Of a stretch of DNA of 64,000 bases, positions 55,454-64,000 are shown one piece after another. This stretch comes from an uncultured Rickettsiales bacterium. Lineage in GTDB: Bacteria > Pseudomonadota > Alphaproteobacteria > Rickettsiales > SXRF01. The notes under the pieces are model-generated. The model saw only the letters and a list, made by a program, of their open reading frames with translations. It searched no databases and was not told where the DNA came from. Both the position numbers and the translations under genes were made by a program. Where the stretch lies: contig CAZUXB010000002.1 of assembly GCA_964624555.1 (NCBI GenBank), forward strand, positions 34,586-98,585, in the 5' to 3' direction. The stretch's first letter is position 1. The number at the start of each line of letters is the position of its first letter.

Positions 55454-56770
55454 ATGCAGATACAGAACCGCCTTCTTTACACAGCATCAATATTTATAAT
55501 GTTTCCAGCAGCAGCATTTGCTGTTGTACCTGCTGCCGCACCGGTGGCGAAATCTGAACTGGCTGATGGGCTGGATAAATGGAGTACATCTACTTTTCCG
55601 GAAGCAACTCCCGGCACTTTGGGTTATGCAATCTTACATGGCACACCGTGGATAAACCTGCGTTACCGTTATGAGAATGTTGATCAAACCGGCATCGCCG
55701 AGGAGGCGTATGCTTCAACATTGCGCAGTAAAATAGGATATAAAACTGGCCTATGGCAGGGGTTCCAGTTTGGTGTAGAAGGGGAAAATATTGTAGCGCT
55801 TGGTACGGATCATTACAATAGTACGGCCAATGGAAAAACGCAGTTTCCAGTGGTATCAGATCCGGAGGATACTGACCTTAACCAGCTATATATAAGCTAT
55901 CAGGGGTTGCCGAAAACCAATATCACACTGGGCAGGCAGCTTATCAATCTTGATAATCAGCGCTTCGTTGGTGCGGTTGACTGGCGCCAGAATGACCAGA
56001 CCTTTGATGCTGTGACTTTGTCGAGTCAATATATCGACCATGCCAGTTTCTACTATGCCTATGTCAGCAAGGTAAACCGCATTACCGGGCCCGGTGCTAC
56101 TAACGGCGCTTACGACAGCAATTCGCATTTGCTCAATGCCTCGTATGAATTTAATCCGGTTTTGAAAGTGACAGTCTACGATTATATGCTCGATTTTGCC
56201 GATGCCAACTCACTTTCTAGTATTACTTATGGCGCACGCTTAACTGGAAAGTATGACCTTGCCGAAGGTTTTAATTTGTTCTATGCGGCGGAAGCGGCCA
56301 ACCAGTCAGACTATGCTGACAACACTGCGAACTTTAGCTCGAACTATTATTTGTTGGAACCTGGCCTGGGCTGGAATGGCTGGACCGGAAAGCTTGGCTA
56401 TGAAGTTCTGGAAGGTGATGGAACTGCAAGCCATGCATTCCAGACACCGCTGGCTACATTACACGCTTTCAACGGCTGGGCCGATAAATTCCTTACCACT
56501 CCTGCCAATGGTTTGGAAGACAGGTATGCTTCATTGGGTTATAAAGTTCCTTTTGGAAATCTCTTGTTAAAAGGTACTGATATTGCTGTGGCCTATCATG
56601 ATTTCAAGGCCGATAATACCGGCGCGGATTATGGTACGGAGTGGGATGCATCCATACAGCAGACATTTTATGACCATTACACTGTTGGGCTGAAATATGC
56701 TAACTATAATGCCGATACATTATTTACAGATACCAAAAAAATAATCCTCACATTACAGGTGAAGTATTGA
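55454..56770 (+). CDS. outer-membrane beta-barrel porin (alginate-export-like family)
   Basis: Signal peptide, 'INLRYRYENVDQ', 'GRQLINLDNQRFVG..DWRQN', alternating beta-strand pattern, C-terminal 'LTLQVKY'. Confidence 0.6.
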   Translation: MQIQNRLLYTASIFIMFPAAAFAVVPAAAPVAKSELADGLDKWSTSTFPEATPGTLGYAILHGTPWINLRYRYENVDQTGIAEEAYASTLRSKIGYKTGLWQGFQFGVEGENIVALGTDHYNSTANGKTQFPVVSDPEDTDLNQLYISYQGLPKTNITLGRQLINLDNQRFVGAVDWRQNDQTFDAVTLSSQYIDHASFYYAYVSKVNRITGPGATNGAYDSNSHLLNASYEFNPVLKVTVYDYMLDFADANSLSSITYGARLTGKYDLAEGFNLFYAAEAANQSDYADNTANFSSNYYLLEPGLGWNGWTGKLGYEVLEGDGTASHAFQTPLATLHAFNGWADKFLTTPANGLEDRYASLGYKVPFGNLLLKGTDIAVAYHDFKADNTGADYGTEWDASIQQTFYDHYTVGLKYANYNADTLFTDTKKIILTLQVKY

Positions 56771-56821
56771 TTTGGCAGTAGAAGATAAATTTAAGAAATA
56801 CTCTATCATGTAGGAGGAAGT

Positions 56822-58906
56822 ATGACGATTAAGCGTATAATGTTGGTTTTGCTGGCTACGCTCAGCTGTTTGCTGATTTTTTCCCAGGGACGTTTGTTTT
56901 ACGAAGCCTATAGTCGCTATATAATTTCCAAAGAGGCATCAAATGGAAATCAGGCTGTAGATACATTGCTGGACGGAGCAAATTACCTGGCTATCGAGCG
57001 TGGGGTAACTAATTCTGCCTTAAATAATTCTGACATTGCCTCCCCGGAAATTCTGAAAAAAATTGCCGATGCGCGCGAAGCCTTCAATAAAGAAGCGGCT
57101 GAGTATACAGAACAGGCATCTGCTGCAGGTATGGTAGTGGAAGACCACTATCAGCAGAGTATCAATAAAGCCTTTGAAGCAGTAAAGGCATTACGTCAGG
57201 CTGTTGATGCCAATCTTTCTAAGCCAAAAGCCGAGCGTGATACGCAGCTTATGGCCAACTGGATGCCGGGGATTACTGCTCTCATAGTAGAAACTCAGAA
57301 TTTACGTATCAATCTGGCCAGCCAGACAATGTCGAAAGATTCATCAATGGCGAAAGAAACCATGATACGCCATAATATATGGCTTATGACTGAATATGCC
57401 GGGCGCGAACGTGGTGTATTGGCGGGAGTGATTGTTTCCGGCGAACCTATTTCTCCTGAACAAACCCAGAAGCTGCTCGGTTATCGTGGCAAAGTGGAAG
57501 AGGGCTGGAATGCGCTGACCAATATGTATATGAACAAGGAAGAACATGCGGCGTTTGATGCTCCGATTGCTGCGGCCCGCGATAATTTCTTTGGCAGCTT
57601 CGAGAAAGTTCGTCAGGCGGTGTATGCTGATGCGAAGCTTGGCGTAGGCTATAACATAACTGCAAAAGACTGGATAAGCCAGTCAACCCAGGCCATAGAT
57701 ACGCTTAATAAGATTCAGGAAACAACAACGGATTACATGGATTCCGTATTGGAAATGCATGGTTCTGAAGCCTCCAACGGTATGATGCTTTATGGATTGC
57801 TTTTATTTTCTTCTGTGCTGGCGGTAGTAGTGGCTTTGTGGGTGGTGCTGCGCCGCGTGCTTTCGCCGATCCACTCGCTTTCGGTATCTATGAATACCAT
57901 CGCTGCTGGTAAATATGACCAGACCGTACCCTATCTGGCGCGTACCGATGAAATTGGGAATATGGCAAAATCTGTTGAGGTGTTCCGCAATAATGGCATT
58001 GAAAAAATCCGTTTGGAGGAAGAGCAAAAACAGGTTGAAATCCGGGCACAGCAGGAAAAGAAAAAAGCGCAGAACGATTTGGCTAATCGCTTTGAATCGC
58101 AGGTACAGGGGATTATAAGCACTGTTGCTGCCGCGGCTACCCAGCTATACCAAACCGCCGAAAGCATGAGTAAAATTATAGAGTTCTCTAGCGATAAGGC
58201 TGGGAATGTGGCGAATGCCTCTGGTCTGGCCGCGCAAAATGTTCAGAGCGTAGCTGCCGCTGCCGAGGAAATGACGGCGACAGTAAAGGAAATTGCCGGC
58301 CAGCTCGCAAAATCATCGACGGCGGTGAAGGAGACGGTGCAGGAAGTAAATAAGGCGGATGGTATAGCCATATTACTTTCTGAGGCTACCCAGAAAATCG
58401 GAGAGATTGTTGATGTCATTCAGAATATAGCGGGGCAGATCAATCTGCTTGCCCTTAATGCCACCATTGAATCGGCGAGGGCAGGTGAGGCAGGGAAGGG
58501 GTTTGCTGTTGTTGCCTCCGAGGTAAAGAATCTGGCAACCCAGACTGCGAAATCTACTGATGAAATCACCTCTCATGTTCAAAGCATCCAGGAGGTATCA
58601 AGGCAGGTAGTTGAGGTGTTGCAACTTGTCAAAAAATCTGTGGCCAATGTTGATGAATATTCGGCGGCGATTTCAGCAGCAGTTGAGGAGCAAAGCGCTA
58701 CCAATAATGAAATATCTTCCAGCATGAACAAAGCATCGGTTGGTACGCAGCAGATAAATAATGATATCAGCGAGGTTAGCAAAGCTTCGGCAGAGGCCAG
58801 TGCCGCCGCAGTACAAACCCTTGATGCTGCCCGCATGGTATCTGTAGAGGCGGAGAAACTTAGTCAGGAAGTATCCTCGTTTTTATCCAGCGTAAGGAAT
58901 GGTTAG
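56822..58906 (+). CDS. methyl-accepting chemotaxis protein (periplasmic sensor + HAMP + MCP signalling domain)
   Basis: Two TM helices flank a helical sensor domain of about 300 aa ('[13 protein letters not shown]', possibly NIT-like). HAMP domain. Highly conserved hairpin tip '[37 protein letters not shown]'. Confidence 0.9.
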   Translation: MTIKRIMLVLLATLSCLLIFSQGRLFYEAYSRYIISKEASNGNQAVDTLLDGANYLAIERGVTNSALNNSDIASPEILKKIADAREAFNKEAAEYTEQASAAGMVVEDHYQQSINKAFEAVKALRQAVDANLSKPKAERDTQLMANWMPGITALIVETQNLRINLASQTMSKDSSMAKETMIRHNIWLMTEYAGRERGVLAGVIVSGEPISPEQTQKLLGYRGKVEEGWNALTNMYMNKEEHAAFDAPIAAARDNFFGSFEKVRQAVYADAKLGVGYNITAKDWISQSTQAIDTLNKIQETTTDYMDSVLEMHGSEASNGMMLYGLLLFSSVLAVVVALWVVLRRVLSPIHSLSVSMNTIAAGKYDQTVPYLARTDEIGNMAKSVEVFRNNGIEKIRLEEEQKQVEIRAQQEKKKAQNDLANRFESQVQGIISTVAAAATQLYQTAESMSKIIEFSSDKAGNVANASGLAAQNVQSVAAAAEEMTATVKEIAGQLAKSSTAVKETVQEVNKADGIAILLSEATQKIGEIVDVIQNIAGQINLLALNATIESARAGEAGKGFAVVASEVKNLATQTAKSTDEITSHVQSIQEVSRQVVEVLQLVKKSVANVDEYSAAISAAVEEQSATNNEISSSMNKASVGTQQINNDISEVSKASAEASAAAVQTLDAARMVSVEAEKLSQEVSSFLSSVRNG

Positions 58907-59017
58907 CAGCATTTTCTATTTAGTCCTACACTACCCTGTCATTCCCGCGCAGGCGGACCCGAAGGGCCGCGTAGCGAATCTTCACTTGGCCTAAGCCCCC
59001 TGCCTATGCGGGGGTAT

Positions 59018-59052
59018 GGCCATAGAGGCCTTTTTAACTATATGGCGGAGCG
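59018..59052. repeat. 35-bp direct repeat, copy 1 (contains a terminator-like GGCC hairpin)
   Basis: GGCCATAGAGGCCTTTTTAACTATATGGCGGAGCG. Copy 2 at 60474..60508 differs at one position. Confidence 0.85.
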
Positions 59053-59118
59053 GAGTATGCCAGCCTCTTGAAGTTTCTCTCGCAGAAGCCTGAAGTAACC
59101 AGAAGACTTTAGAAATTT

Positions 59119-59538
59119 TTATCTGCAAACGCTTGGACATTGTTCGCCCGTACCGCCGGGGCCAGAATAACATGGCCCTCCTGGCCCTGCGTAGCAAGCA
59201 CCTCCCGGTCCACTATAGGCAGGACCACCTGGCCCATCATACGCATCTCCTCCTGGCCCTGAAAATCTTGGGCCGCCTGGACCATCGTATGCGGGGCCAC
59301 CTGGACCGGAATATTCTGCACCACCTGGGCCAGCGTAGCATGGTCCTCCCGGTCCATTGTAAGCTGGACCGCCTGGACCAGCATAAGCGCCACCGCCTGG
59401 TCCCGTGTAACACGGACCACCTGGGCCATCATAGCCTTTGCAATTACAAGGATCATTTGCAAACGCAGTTCCTGTGTTAACTGCAAATGCAAAAATTAGA
59501 GTCATCAAAACGATGTTTAATTTTTTTCTGTAATTCAT
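59119..59538 (-). CDS. secreted Gly/Pro/Tyr/Cys-rich protein made of 12 tandem GPGGxxYx octapeptides
   Basis: Signal peptide MNYRKKLNIVLMTLIFAFAVNTGTAFA. Then GPGGPCYT GPGGGAYA GPGGPAYN GPGGPCYA GPGGAEYS GPGGPAYD GPGGPRFS GPGGDAYD GPGGPAYS GPGGACYA GPGGPCYS GPGGTGEQ, followed by CPSVCR. 24-nt DNA periodicity. Confidence 0.7.
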   Translation of the reverse strand: MNYRKKLNIVLMTLIFAFAVNTGTAFANDPCNCKGYDGPGGPCYTGPGGGAYAGPGGPAYNGPGGPCYAGPGGAEYSGPGGPAYDGPGGPRFSGPGGDAYDGPGGPAYSGPGGACYAGPGGPCYSGPGGTGEQCPSVCR

Positions 59539-60092
59539 GATGTAACCTTTATTTCTTCGGATTCAAAAGATGGGAAAGGAACTATATTTAGAATCTTGTT
59601 TAATCTTTCCTGTAAAATAGCTTTTTCATTTTCATCAGCGATACGTTTCTTTATATCCTGTAGAAAATTTGTAACGGCAATTACAAAATCATTCACAAAA
59701 GATGCAACCCCAATAATAACCAATGTAGAGTCCACTTGAGGATCGTAGGCATGCCTGCCGCCATCATGATAACAAAATTTTATAATATCTTGATTTTGCA
59801 TATGGTAATCAGCCTCTGAAGAAAAGGTATGTAACAAGGCGCATCTAGCGCCGTACAAATCCTTTCCGCGATACTGATAATTTTGTTCTTTTTCGGCTTT
59901 TAAATATTTATCTGCCCACTCTATAAAGTCACTTCTGGTATTCTTATCTTTTGAGGAAGGCATCCCAAAATAGGCAAGGGTATCAATATAAACATAAATC
60001 TGCATCAAGCAGGCTGTAGTTGCTCCAGCTTTCTCACATTTTTTAAGTTCTTCAATCATCTGTACAAACTGTGCGACCATAAATTTTCTCAT
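59535..60092 (-). CDS. hypothetical protein translationally coupled to the GPGG-repeat gene
   Basis: 185 aa, ATGA overlap with the downstream gene. Contains 'RCALLH', an R-x4-H spacing as in HEPN motifs; this is weak evidence. Perfect 10-bp stem GCTGTGCACT...AGTGCACAGC at 60116..60147 upstream. Confidence 0.55.
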   Translation of the reverse strand: MRKFMVAQFVQMIEELKKCEKAGATTACLMQIYVYIDTLAYFGMPSSKDKNTRSDFIEWADKYLKAEKEQNYQYRGKDLYGARCALLHTFSSEADYHMQNQDIIKFCYHDGGRHAYDPQVDSTLVIIGVASFVNDFVIAVTNFLQDIKKRIADENEKAILQERLNKILNIVPFPSFESEEIKVTS

Positions 60093-60473
60093 CCCAAAAC
60101 TTTTCTCTGGAGATAGCTGTGCACTTATTTTCTCACGAGTGCACAGCCTCGGCAGAGAAAAAATCTCGATAGAGAATTAAGCTACGCCTGAAATCGCCAA
60201 AACTTCATCGTAAGTTACTAATATTCCAGTAGGATTACAAGAATCGATTAACCTGCTGATTAGCCTTCACAACACCTAGAAAACTTCAGGCTTCTTCCAA
60301 GGTCTGCGTATTGGAGAAGGCTTCTTCCGGCATTTGAAGGCTGGCGGAGCGGAGAGGATTGCCTTCGCTTTCGCTCCGGCGCGTCTGCGCTGGCTTTCGC
60401 CAGCTTGCCGTCGAACCAACCATATCCATCGGCGCGACTCGACTATCGCTATCCAACCGCATATAGTAAAAAA

Positions 60474-60508
60474 GGCCACAGAGGCCTTTTTAACTATATG
60501 GCGGAGCG
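60474..60508. repeat. 35-bp direct repeat, copy 2
   Basis: GGCCACAGAGGCCTTTTTAACTATATGGCGGAGCG, preceded by AAAAA, so AAAAAGGCC-acaga-GGCCTTTTT forms a bidirectional terminator-like hairpin. Confidence 0.85.
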
Positions 60509-60635
60509 AACGTAACTGACTACGAACTCTCCATTTCTTCATAATCAGATACTTAAGTCGTTTTCCGGCATTTTGCAATGCTTACTCTCTGTTGCTGAAC
60601 TAATGCGCGTACTCGCCTGATTGATATTTTAGCGC

Positions 60636-60842
60636 TCAGTGAGGCGACTTGAACGTGAAATACCACGCTCCTGCCGTGCTGATGATGATAGCTGTGATTC
60701 CCATCATCGCCGGACTCATCAATCCGAATCCAACCAGCCACCCACCGATGCGGGTGGGGAACCACATAAGCAGCGGTACGAACCATTCGATGAATTCGAG
60801 CCACTTCGGTTGCGGTGGGTCTTGGTACTTCCAGGATTTCAT
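60636..60842 (-). CDS. small membrane protein (2 TM helices)
   Basis: 68 aa. 4-nt overlap with the upstream XRE regulator gene. WFVPLLMWF and GITAIIISTAGAWYF hydrophobic segments. Confidence 0.45.
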   Translation of the reverse strand: MKSWKYQDPPQPKWLEFIEWFVPLLMWFPTRIGGWLVGFGLMSPAMMGITAIIISTAGAWYFTFKSPH

Positions 60843-61204
60843 GAATTTCCCCCCGCCAGTGTTTTGACCAAATCGAAGATATGTTTGCGCGCTGCTGCTT
60901 GCGGTATCTGTAAAAAATTGCGGACTAAATTCACCTGCATGCGCGCACTGGCATTTGTTTCGCTATTTTGTGTTTCGGCATGATCTAGGCTGATGAAATA
61001 CGCCAATGGAACACGCAGTGCTTGCGTCATTTCAAGCAACCAGAACAAACTGATATGATTTGCACCGCGTTCGTATTTTTGTAGCTGCTGAAAACTCATG
61101 CCGATAGCATCGCCCAACTGCTGCTGGGTCAGGCCATGAGCGATACGTTGCTCACGGATTTTGCTTCCGATATTTTGATAAAATCGTTTTTCGTCCTGCG
61201 TCAC
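60839..61204 (-). CDS. XRE-family helix-turn-helix transcriptional regulator
   Basis: 'IGSKIREQRIAHGLTQQQLGDAIGMSFQQLQKYERGANHIS'. Confidence 0.85.
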   Translation of the reverse strand: MTQDEKRFYQNIGSKIREQRIAHGLTQQQLGDAIGMSFQQLQKYERGANHISLFWLLEMTQALRVPLAYFISLDHAETQNSETNASARMQVNLVRNFLQIPQAAARKHIFDLVKTLAGGNS

Positions 61205-61300
61205 TTGCTTTGCTTCTCCCCCAGGCGTTAGACGTTCCTAAAGAGTATATCCCTTCAGGAACGCCTTATGTTGCTATCTGGATTGGCACCGCATGGTGCC

Positions 61301-61451
61301 GGGAGTCGAAAATCGCCGTTAACGGGCGCAGGCTTATTCACCCTTGCGGGCTGTTGTATTCACCTACTCCCGACGCAAAGCAGACGGAAGCAGGGCTTGG
61401 GAAACGAGCCTACTTAAAAAAAATCGCAGTTAACGGGGATTTTCGACCCCC
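61301..61451. mobile_element. pair of facing Tn3-family-like terminal inverted repeats enclosing about 150 bp (TIME-like miniature element or transposon scar)
   Basis: Left: GGGAGTCGAAAATCGCCGTTAACGGG... Right (reverse complement): GGGGGTCGAAAATCCCCGTTAACTGCGATTTTTTTTAAG. They match at 22 of the first 24 positions. The right copy has the GGGG...TAAG, about 38-bp format of Tn3-family IRs. No transposase lies between them, and there is no matching 5-bp flanking duplication (GTGCC vs TCGAC). Confidence 0.5.
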
Positions 61452-61562
61452 TCGACGCTCACCTTAATGGCAGCGCACAGCGAAGTCAAAATAAACCATT
61501 GCGTTCCTGCAATTTGCCCATGAATATCTTGCAGATATAATAATAACTTGTATAATCAGGGA

Positions 61563-61946
61563 ATGAAAAAATTTATTGGCATCTTCATGGTACTGGCACT
61601 CGTTATGACAACGAGCTTTCCTGCTGCGTCCAATGCGATGATGATGCCTCATGATTCTGCGAAGGCAGAACAAGCGAAAGCATCGGACGAAGGTGATTGC
61701 CATAAACACGCTAAAGCCGAGCAGTCGGGCAAAACTGCCCAGAACGACAAAGACTCTGGCAAATGCTGTGATAAAGGTGTGTGCAAGTGCGTCGGAAGCA
61801 CTTGTCACAATGGTCTTTCCAAGATTTTCGGCAATGGCAGTAACTCGCTGGCTTCTCTTTCCTCAGATAGCAGCGCATTCGCGTTCGACAATCAGTTTGT
61901 CGAATCCGCCCTTTCCAATCGTCTAAAACGCCCTCCCAAAGCCTAA
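61563..61946 (+). CDS. secreted Cys/His-rich protein upstream of copA (candidate metal-binding or copper-resistance accessory protein)
   Basis: Signal peptide MKKFIGIFMVLALVMTTSFPAASNA. 'MMMPHD', 'GDCHKH', 'GKCCDKGVCKCVGSTCHNG'. TATAAT and AGGGA lie just upstream of ATG 61563. Confidence 0.55.
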   Translation: MKKFIGIFMVLALVMTTSFPAASNAMMMPHDSAKAEQAKASDEGDCHKHAKAEQSGKTAQNDKDSGKCCDKGVCKCVGSTCHNGLSKIFGNGSNSLASLSSDSSAFAFDNQFVESALSNRLKRPPKA

Positions 61947-62020
61947 TCCTGTTTTTCTATTGAACGTGACGCGCCTTGTTGCGCGTGGCGGCTATTTTCA
62001 ATGCAAATCAAGGATTAGTT

Positions 62021-63637
62021 ATGCGAACACATCATCTTAGGATGGTGGCGTTGCTGATGGTAGGGTTTCTAACCACTCCTGCACACGCCAAAACATCTGA
62101 ATACTCGCTCACCGTTGAGCGCCTGCCTGTAAATATTACAGGTAAACCAATCGAGAAAATCACTGTTAATGGCGGCATTCCCGCCCCTACGCTTCGCTTT
62201 ACTGAAGGCGATGAAGCGGTGATTCACGTCACCAATAAAATGGAGGAGCCCACCTCTATCCATTGGCATGGGCTTTTGTTGCCCGACGCGATGGACGGTG
62301 TCACAGGGTTTGGAGGCTTTAAGGCCATAGAACCAGGAACCACTTTCACCTATCGCTTTACCGTCCGGCAAACGGGAACCTATTGGTATCATTCGCATAC
62401 CAAAGGCCAAGAGCAGGATGGGCTGTACGGGTCGATTATCACCGCGCCCAAAGGCAAAGACCCGATAGCAGCAGATCGTGATTATGTCGTCGTGCTTTCC
62501 GATTTCTCGGAGGAGCATTCCAGTGACATCATGGCGAATCTCAAAAAGTCGTCGGATTATTACGCCAATGCGCGGCTGACGCTGGGTGATTTCTTCAAGG
62601 ACTGGAACGAACGCGGTTGGGATAAAGCATGGAAGGATGCCAAAGATTGGGGCGATATGCGAATGATGCGTACCGACTTGGCCGATGTCACGGGCTATAC
62701 GTTCCTCGTGAATGGTAAGTCGCCGGAGCAAAACTGGACGGGCATTTTCAAACCAGGTGAGAAAGTGCGCCTGCGCTTTATCAATGCGTCTGCCATGTCG
62801 TTCTTCGATGTGCGGATTCCTGGCCTAAAAATGAGCGTGGTGCAAGCTGATGGGCAGAATGTCGAGCCTGTCGCGGTGGATGAATTTCGCTTTGCGCCTG
62901 CCGAAACCTACGATGTGATTGTCACACCAAAGGATGACAAAGCCTACACCATCGCTGCCGAGCCGATTGATCGCACCGGCTTTGCCATTGGCACGCTGGC
63001 GACCGCTGAAGGCATGAAAGGGGAAATCCCAGCCCAGCGTCCCCGCGCATTGCTCTCTATGGCCGATATGAACATGGAGATGATGATGAAGGATGATCCT
63101 GATATGGAAATGACCCCTGCCGATATGATTAGCGGCTGGGCGAAAACGGGAACGCCCGAAGGTCAGAAGGCACTTTCCTACGCCGATCTGCGCTATGCAG
63201 GAGTGCAGAAAGACCAGCGACAACCACAGCGCACGATTGATGTGCGCTTGGGCGGTAACATGGAGCGTTACATCTGGACGATTAACGAGAAGAAATTCTC
63301 GGAGGCTGAACCCATCCGCCTGAAATATGGCGAACGCGTGCGGTTGAACTTCACCAACGAAACCATGATGGCGCACCCTATGCACCTGCATGGCATGTTC
63401 GTACAGCTGGAGAACGGCCAACCTGCCGCGAAGCTGCCGAACAAGCACACGGTAATTGTGCCGCCTGGCGGCTCGTATTCCGTACTTGTTACCGCAGATG
63501 AAATTGGTGAATGGGCGTTCCACTGCCATCTGCTCTACCACATGGCCAGTGGCATGATGACTCAGGTCGTCGTCGCCAAGCTCGATGCGGCGGATATGCC
63601 AGCCGCCAAAACCAATGGAGGCCACCATGCACAATAA
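62021..63637 (+). CDS. copA: copper-resistance multicopper oxidase CopA/PcoA
   Basis: Cu-site motifs 'HWHGLLLP', 'YWYHSH', 'HPMHLHG', 'HCHLLYHMASGMM'. Met-rich insert 'MADMNMEMMMKDDPDMEM'. Start taken at ATG 62021. Confidence 0.9.
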   Translation: MRTHHLRMVALLMVGFLTTPAHAKTSEYSLTVERLPVNITGKPIEKITVNGGIPAPTLRFTEGDEAVIHVTNKMEEPTSIHWHGLLLPDAMDGVTGFGGFKAIEPGTTFTYRFTVRQTGTYWYHSHTKGQEQDGLYGSIITAPKGKDPIAADRDYVVVLSDFSEEHSSDIMANLKKSSDYYANARLTLGDFFKDWNERGWDKAWKDAKDWGDMRMMRTDLADVTGYTFLVNGKSPEQNWTGIFKPGEKVRLRFINASAMSFFDVRIPGLKMSVVQADGQNVEPVAVDEFRFAPAETYDVIVTPKDDKAYTIAAEPIDRTGFAIGTLATAEGMKGEIPAQRPRALLSMADMNMEMMMKDDPDMEMTPADMISGWAKTGTPEGQKALSYADLRYAGVQKDQRQPQRTIDVRLGGNMERYIWTINEKKFSEAEPIRLKYGERVRLNFTNETMMAHPMHLHGMFVQLENGQPAAKLPNKHTVIVPPGGSYSVLVTADEIGEWAFHCHLLYHMASGMMTQVVVAKLDAADMPAAKTNGGHHAQ

Positions 63638-64000
63638 ACATTTACTCATGGCACTTTGCCTCACCACTGCGCTTGCACAGCCTGCATTCGCGGCGGATCA
63701 TTCTGCTCACGCAGATATGGCGGCAGAACATGGCGGCGGCATCTTCCACATGTTTCGTTTAGAAACCGATGTCGGCAGCAACACCGATGGAACGCCGTTA
63801 CAAAGCTGGGATTTTGATGGCTGGGTTGGCACGGACGAAAATAAGCTCTGGCTAAAATCAGAGGGAGAGCGTGCCGATAACAAGCTGGAGAGTGCCGAGT
63901 TTTGGGCACTCTATAGCCGTAATATCTCGACGTTTTGGGATGCACAGGCTGGTATTCGCTACGATACCAAACCTGAATCCACCGCATATTTGACGCTGGG
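63627..64000 (+). CDS. copB: copper-resistance outer-membrane protein CopB/PcoB (3' end lies outside the window)
   Basis: Hand translation from ATG 63627 is open to the window end: MHNKHLLMALCLTTALAQPAFAADHSAH...GGGIFHMFRLETDVG...WDFDGWVGTDENKLWLKSEGER...FWALYSRNISTFWDAQAGIRYD. 11-nt overlap with copA. Absent from the track because no stop codon is reached. Confidence 0.85.
   Translation, partial: MHNKHLLMALCLTTALAQPAFAADHSAHADMAAEHGGGIFHMFRLETDVGSNTDGTPLQSWDFDGWVGTDENKLWLKSEGERADNKLESAEFWALYSRNISTFWDAQAGIRYDTKPESTAYLTL

Noticed and set aside
59109-59492. Alternative-frame ORFs (127 aa minus, 115 aa plus) over the GPGG-repeat gene.
   Set aside because: Only the 59119..59538 minus frame has a signal peptide, a perfectly periodic octapeptide structure and an ATGA overlap with the upstream gene. 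The others are by-products of the 24-nt repeat.
60342-60470. tRNA-like strings (TGGCGGAGCGGAGAGGATTGCC..., ...GTCGAACCAACC...) suggesting a minus-strand tRNA or a tRNA 3'-end att remnant.
   Set aside because: I tried to fold the reverse complement. There is no complementary acceptor stem, no GTTCGAATC-type T-loop with a paired stem, and no D-arm. At most this is a degenerate remnant, so it is not annotated as a tRNA.
61210-61467. 85-aa plus-strand ORF in the track.
   Set aside because: It is composed almost entirely of the two Tn3-like inverted repeats ('ESKIAVNG' / 'KKIAVNGDF' are the same IR read twice). It is an artefact of the repeat.
62069-63667. 220-aa and 280-aa minus-strand ORFs opposite copA.
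   Set aside because: They are antisense to a gene carrying all four multicopper-oxidase copper-site motifs, and their products are Arg/His-rich with no motifs.

Overview
This is a 64-kb chromosomal segment that looks alphaproteobacterial. The basis is gene content and order: gltD/gltB, dapD, a PAS_5-type protein, an MJ0042 zinc-ribbon gene next to ftsE, phoH-ybeY-corC, and ccoNOQP-ccoGHIS. The genus cannot be determined from sequence alone.

Layout:
- 0-16 kb: housekeeping genes and a two-component / c-di-GMP pair.
- 16.0-40.4 kb: an RcGTA-type head-tail cluster. It has portal, prohead protease, HK97 capsid, gp6-like connector, head-closure protein, DUF3168, DUF2460, DUF2163, NlpC/P60 peptidase and a 1223-aa host-specificity protein. 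It has no recognisable terminase, major tail, tail chaperone or tape-measure genes. Unrelated cargo interrupts it at no fewer than six junctions.
- 41-59 kb: eptA-like transferase, an orphan dinJ, phoH-ybeY-corC, the complete cbb3 oxidase and assembly cluster (including ccoQ and ccoS, which are too short for the ORF track), OmpW, RidA, a porin and an MCP.
- 59-64 kb: a two-gene cassette bounded by direct repeats, a Tn3-like inverted-repeat pair, and a copA/copB copper-resistance module that looks compositionally foreign by eye.

Most interesting loci:
1. Four translationally coupled genes of unknown function sit exactly where the GTA tail-tube and tape-measure genes should be (27.4-32.9 kb).
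2. A prepilin-like gene has its ATG put out of frame by a (ACTCGCA)x6 heptanucleotide tract. This is a candidate phase-variation switch.
3. A secreted protein made of 12 GPGGxxYx octapeptides is translationally coupled to an unknown protein and bracketed by 35-bp direct repeats.

I saw no rRNA, tRNA or CRISPR array. ORF coordinates come from the supplied track. Hand-derived coordinates for repeats and small ORFs were anchored to track ORFs but may be off by 1-2 nt. All family assignments come from motif recognition and memory, not from searches.
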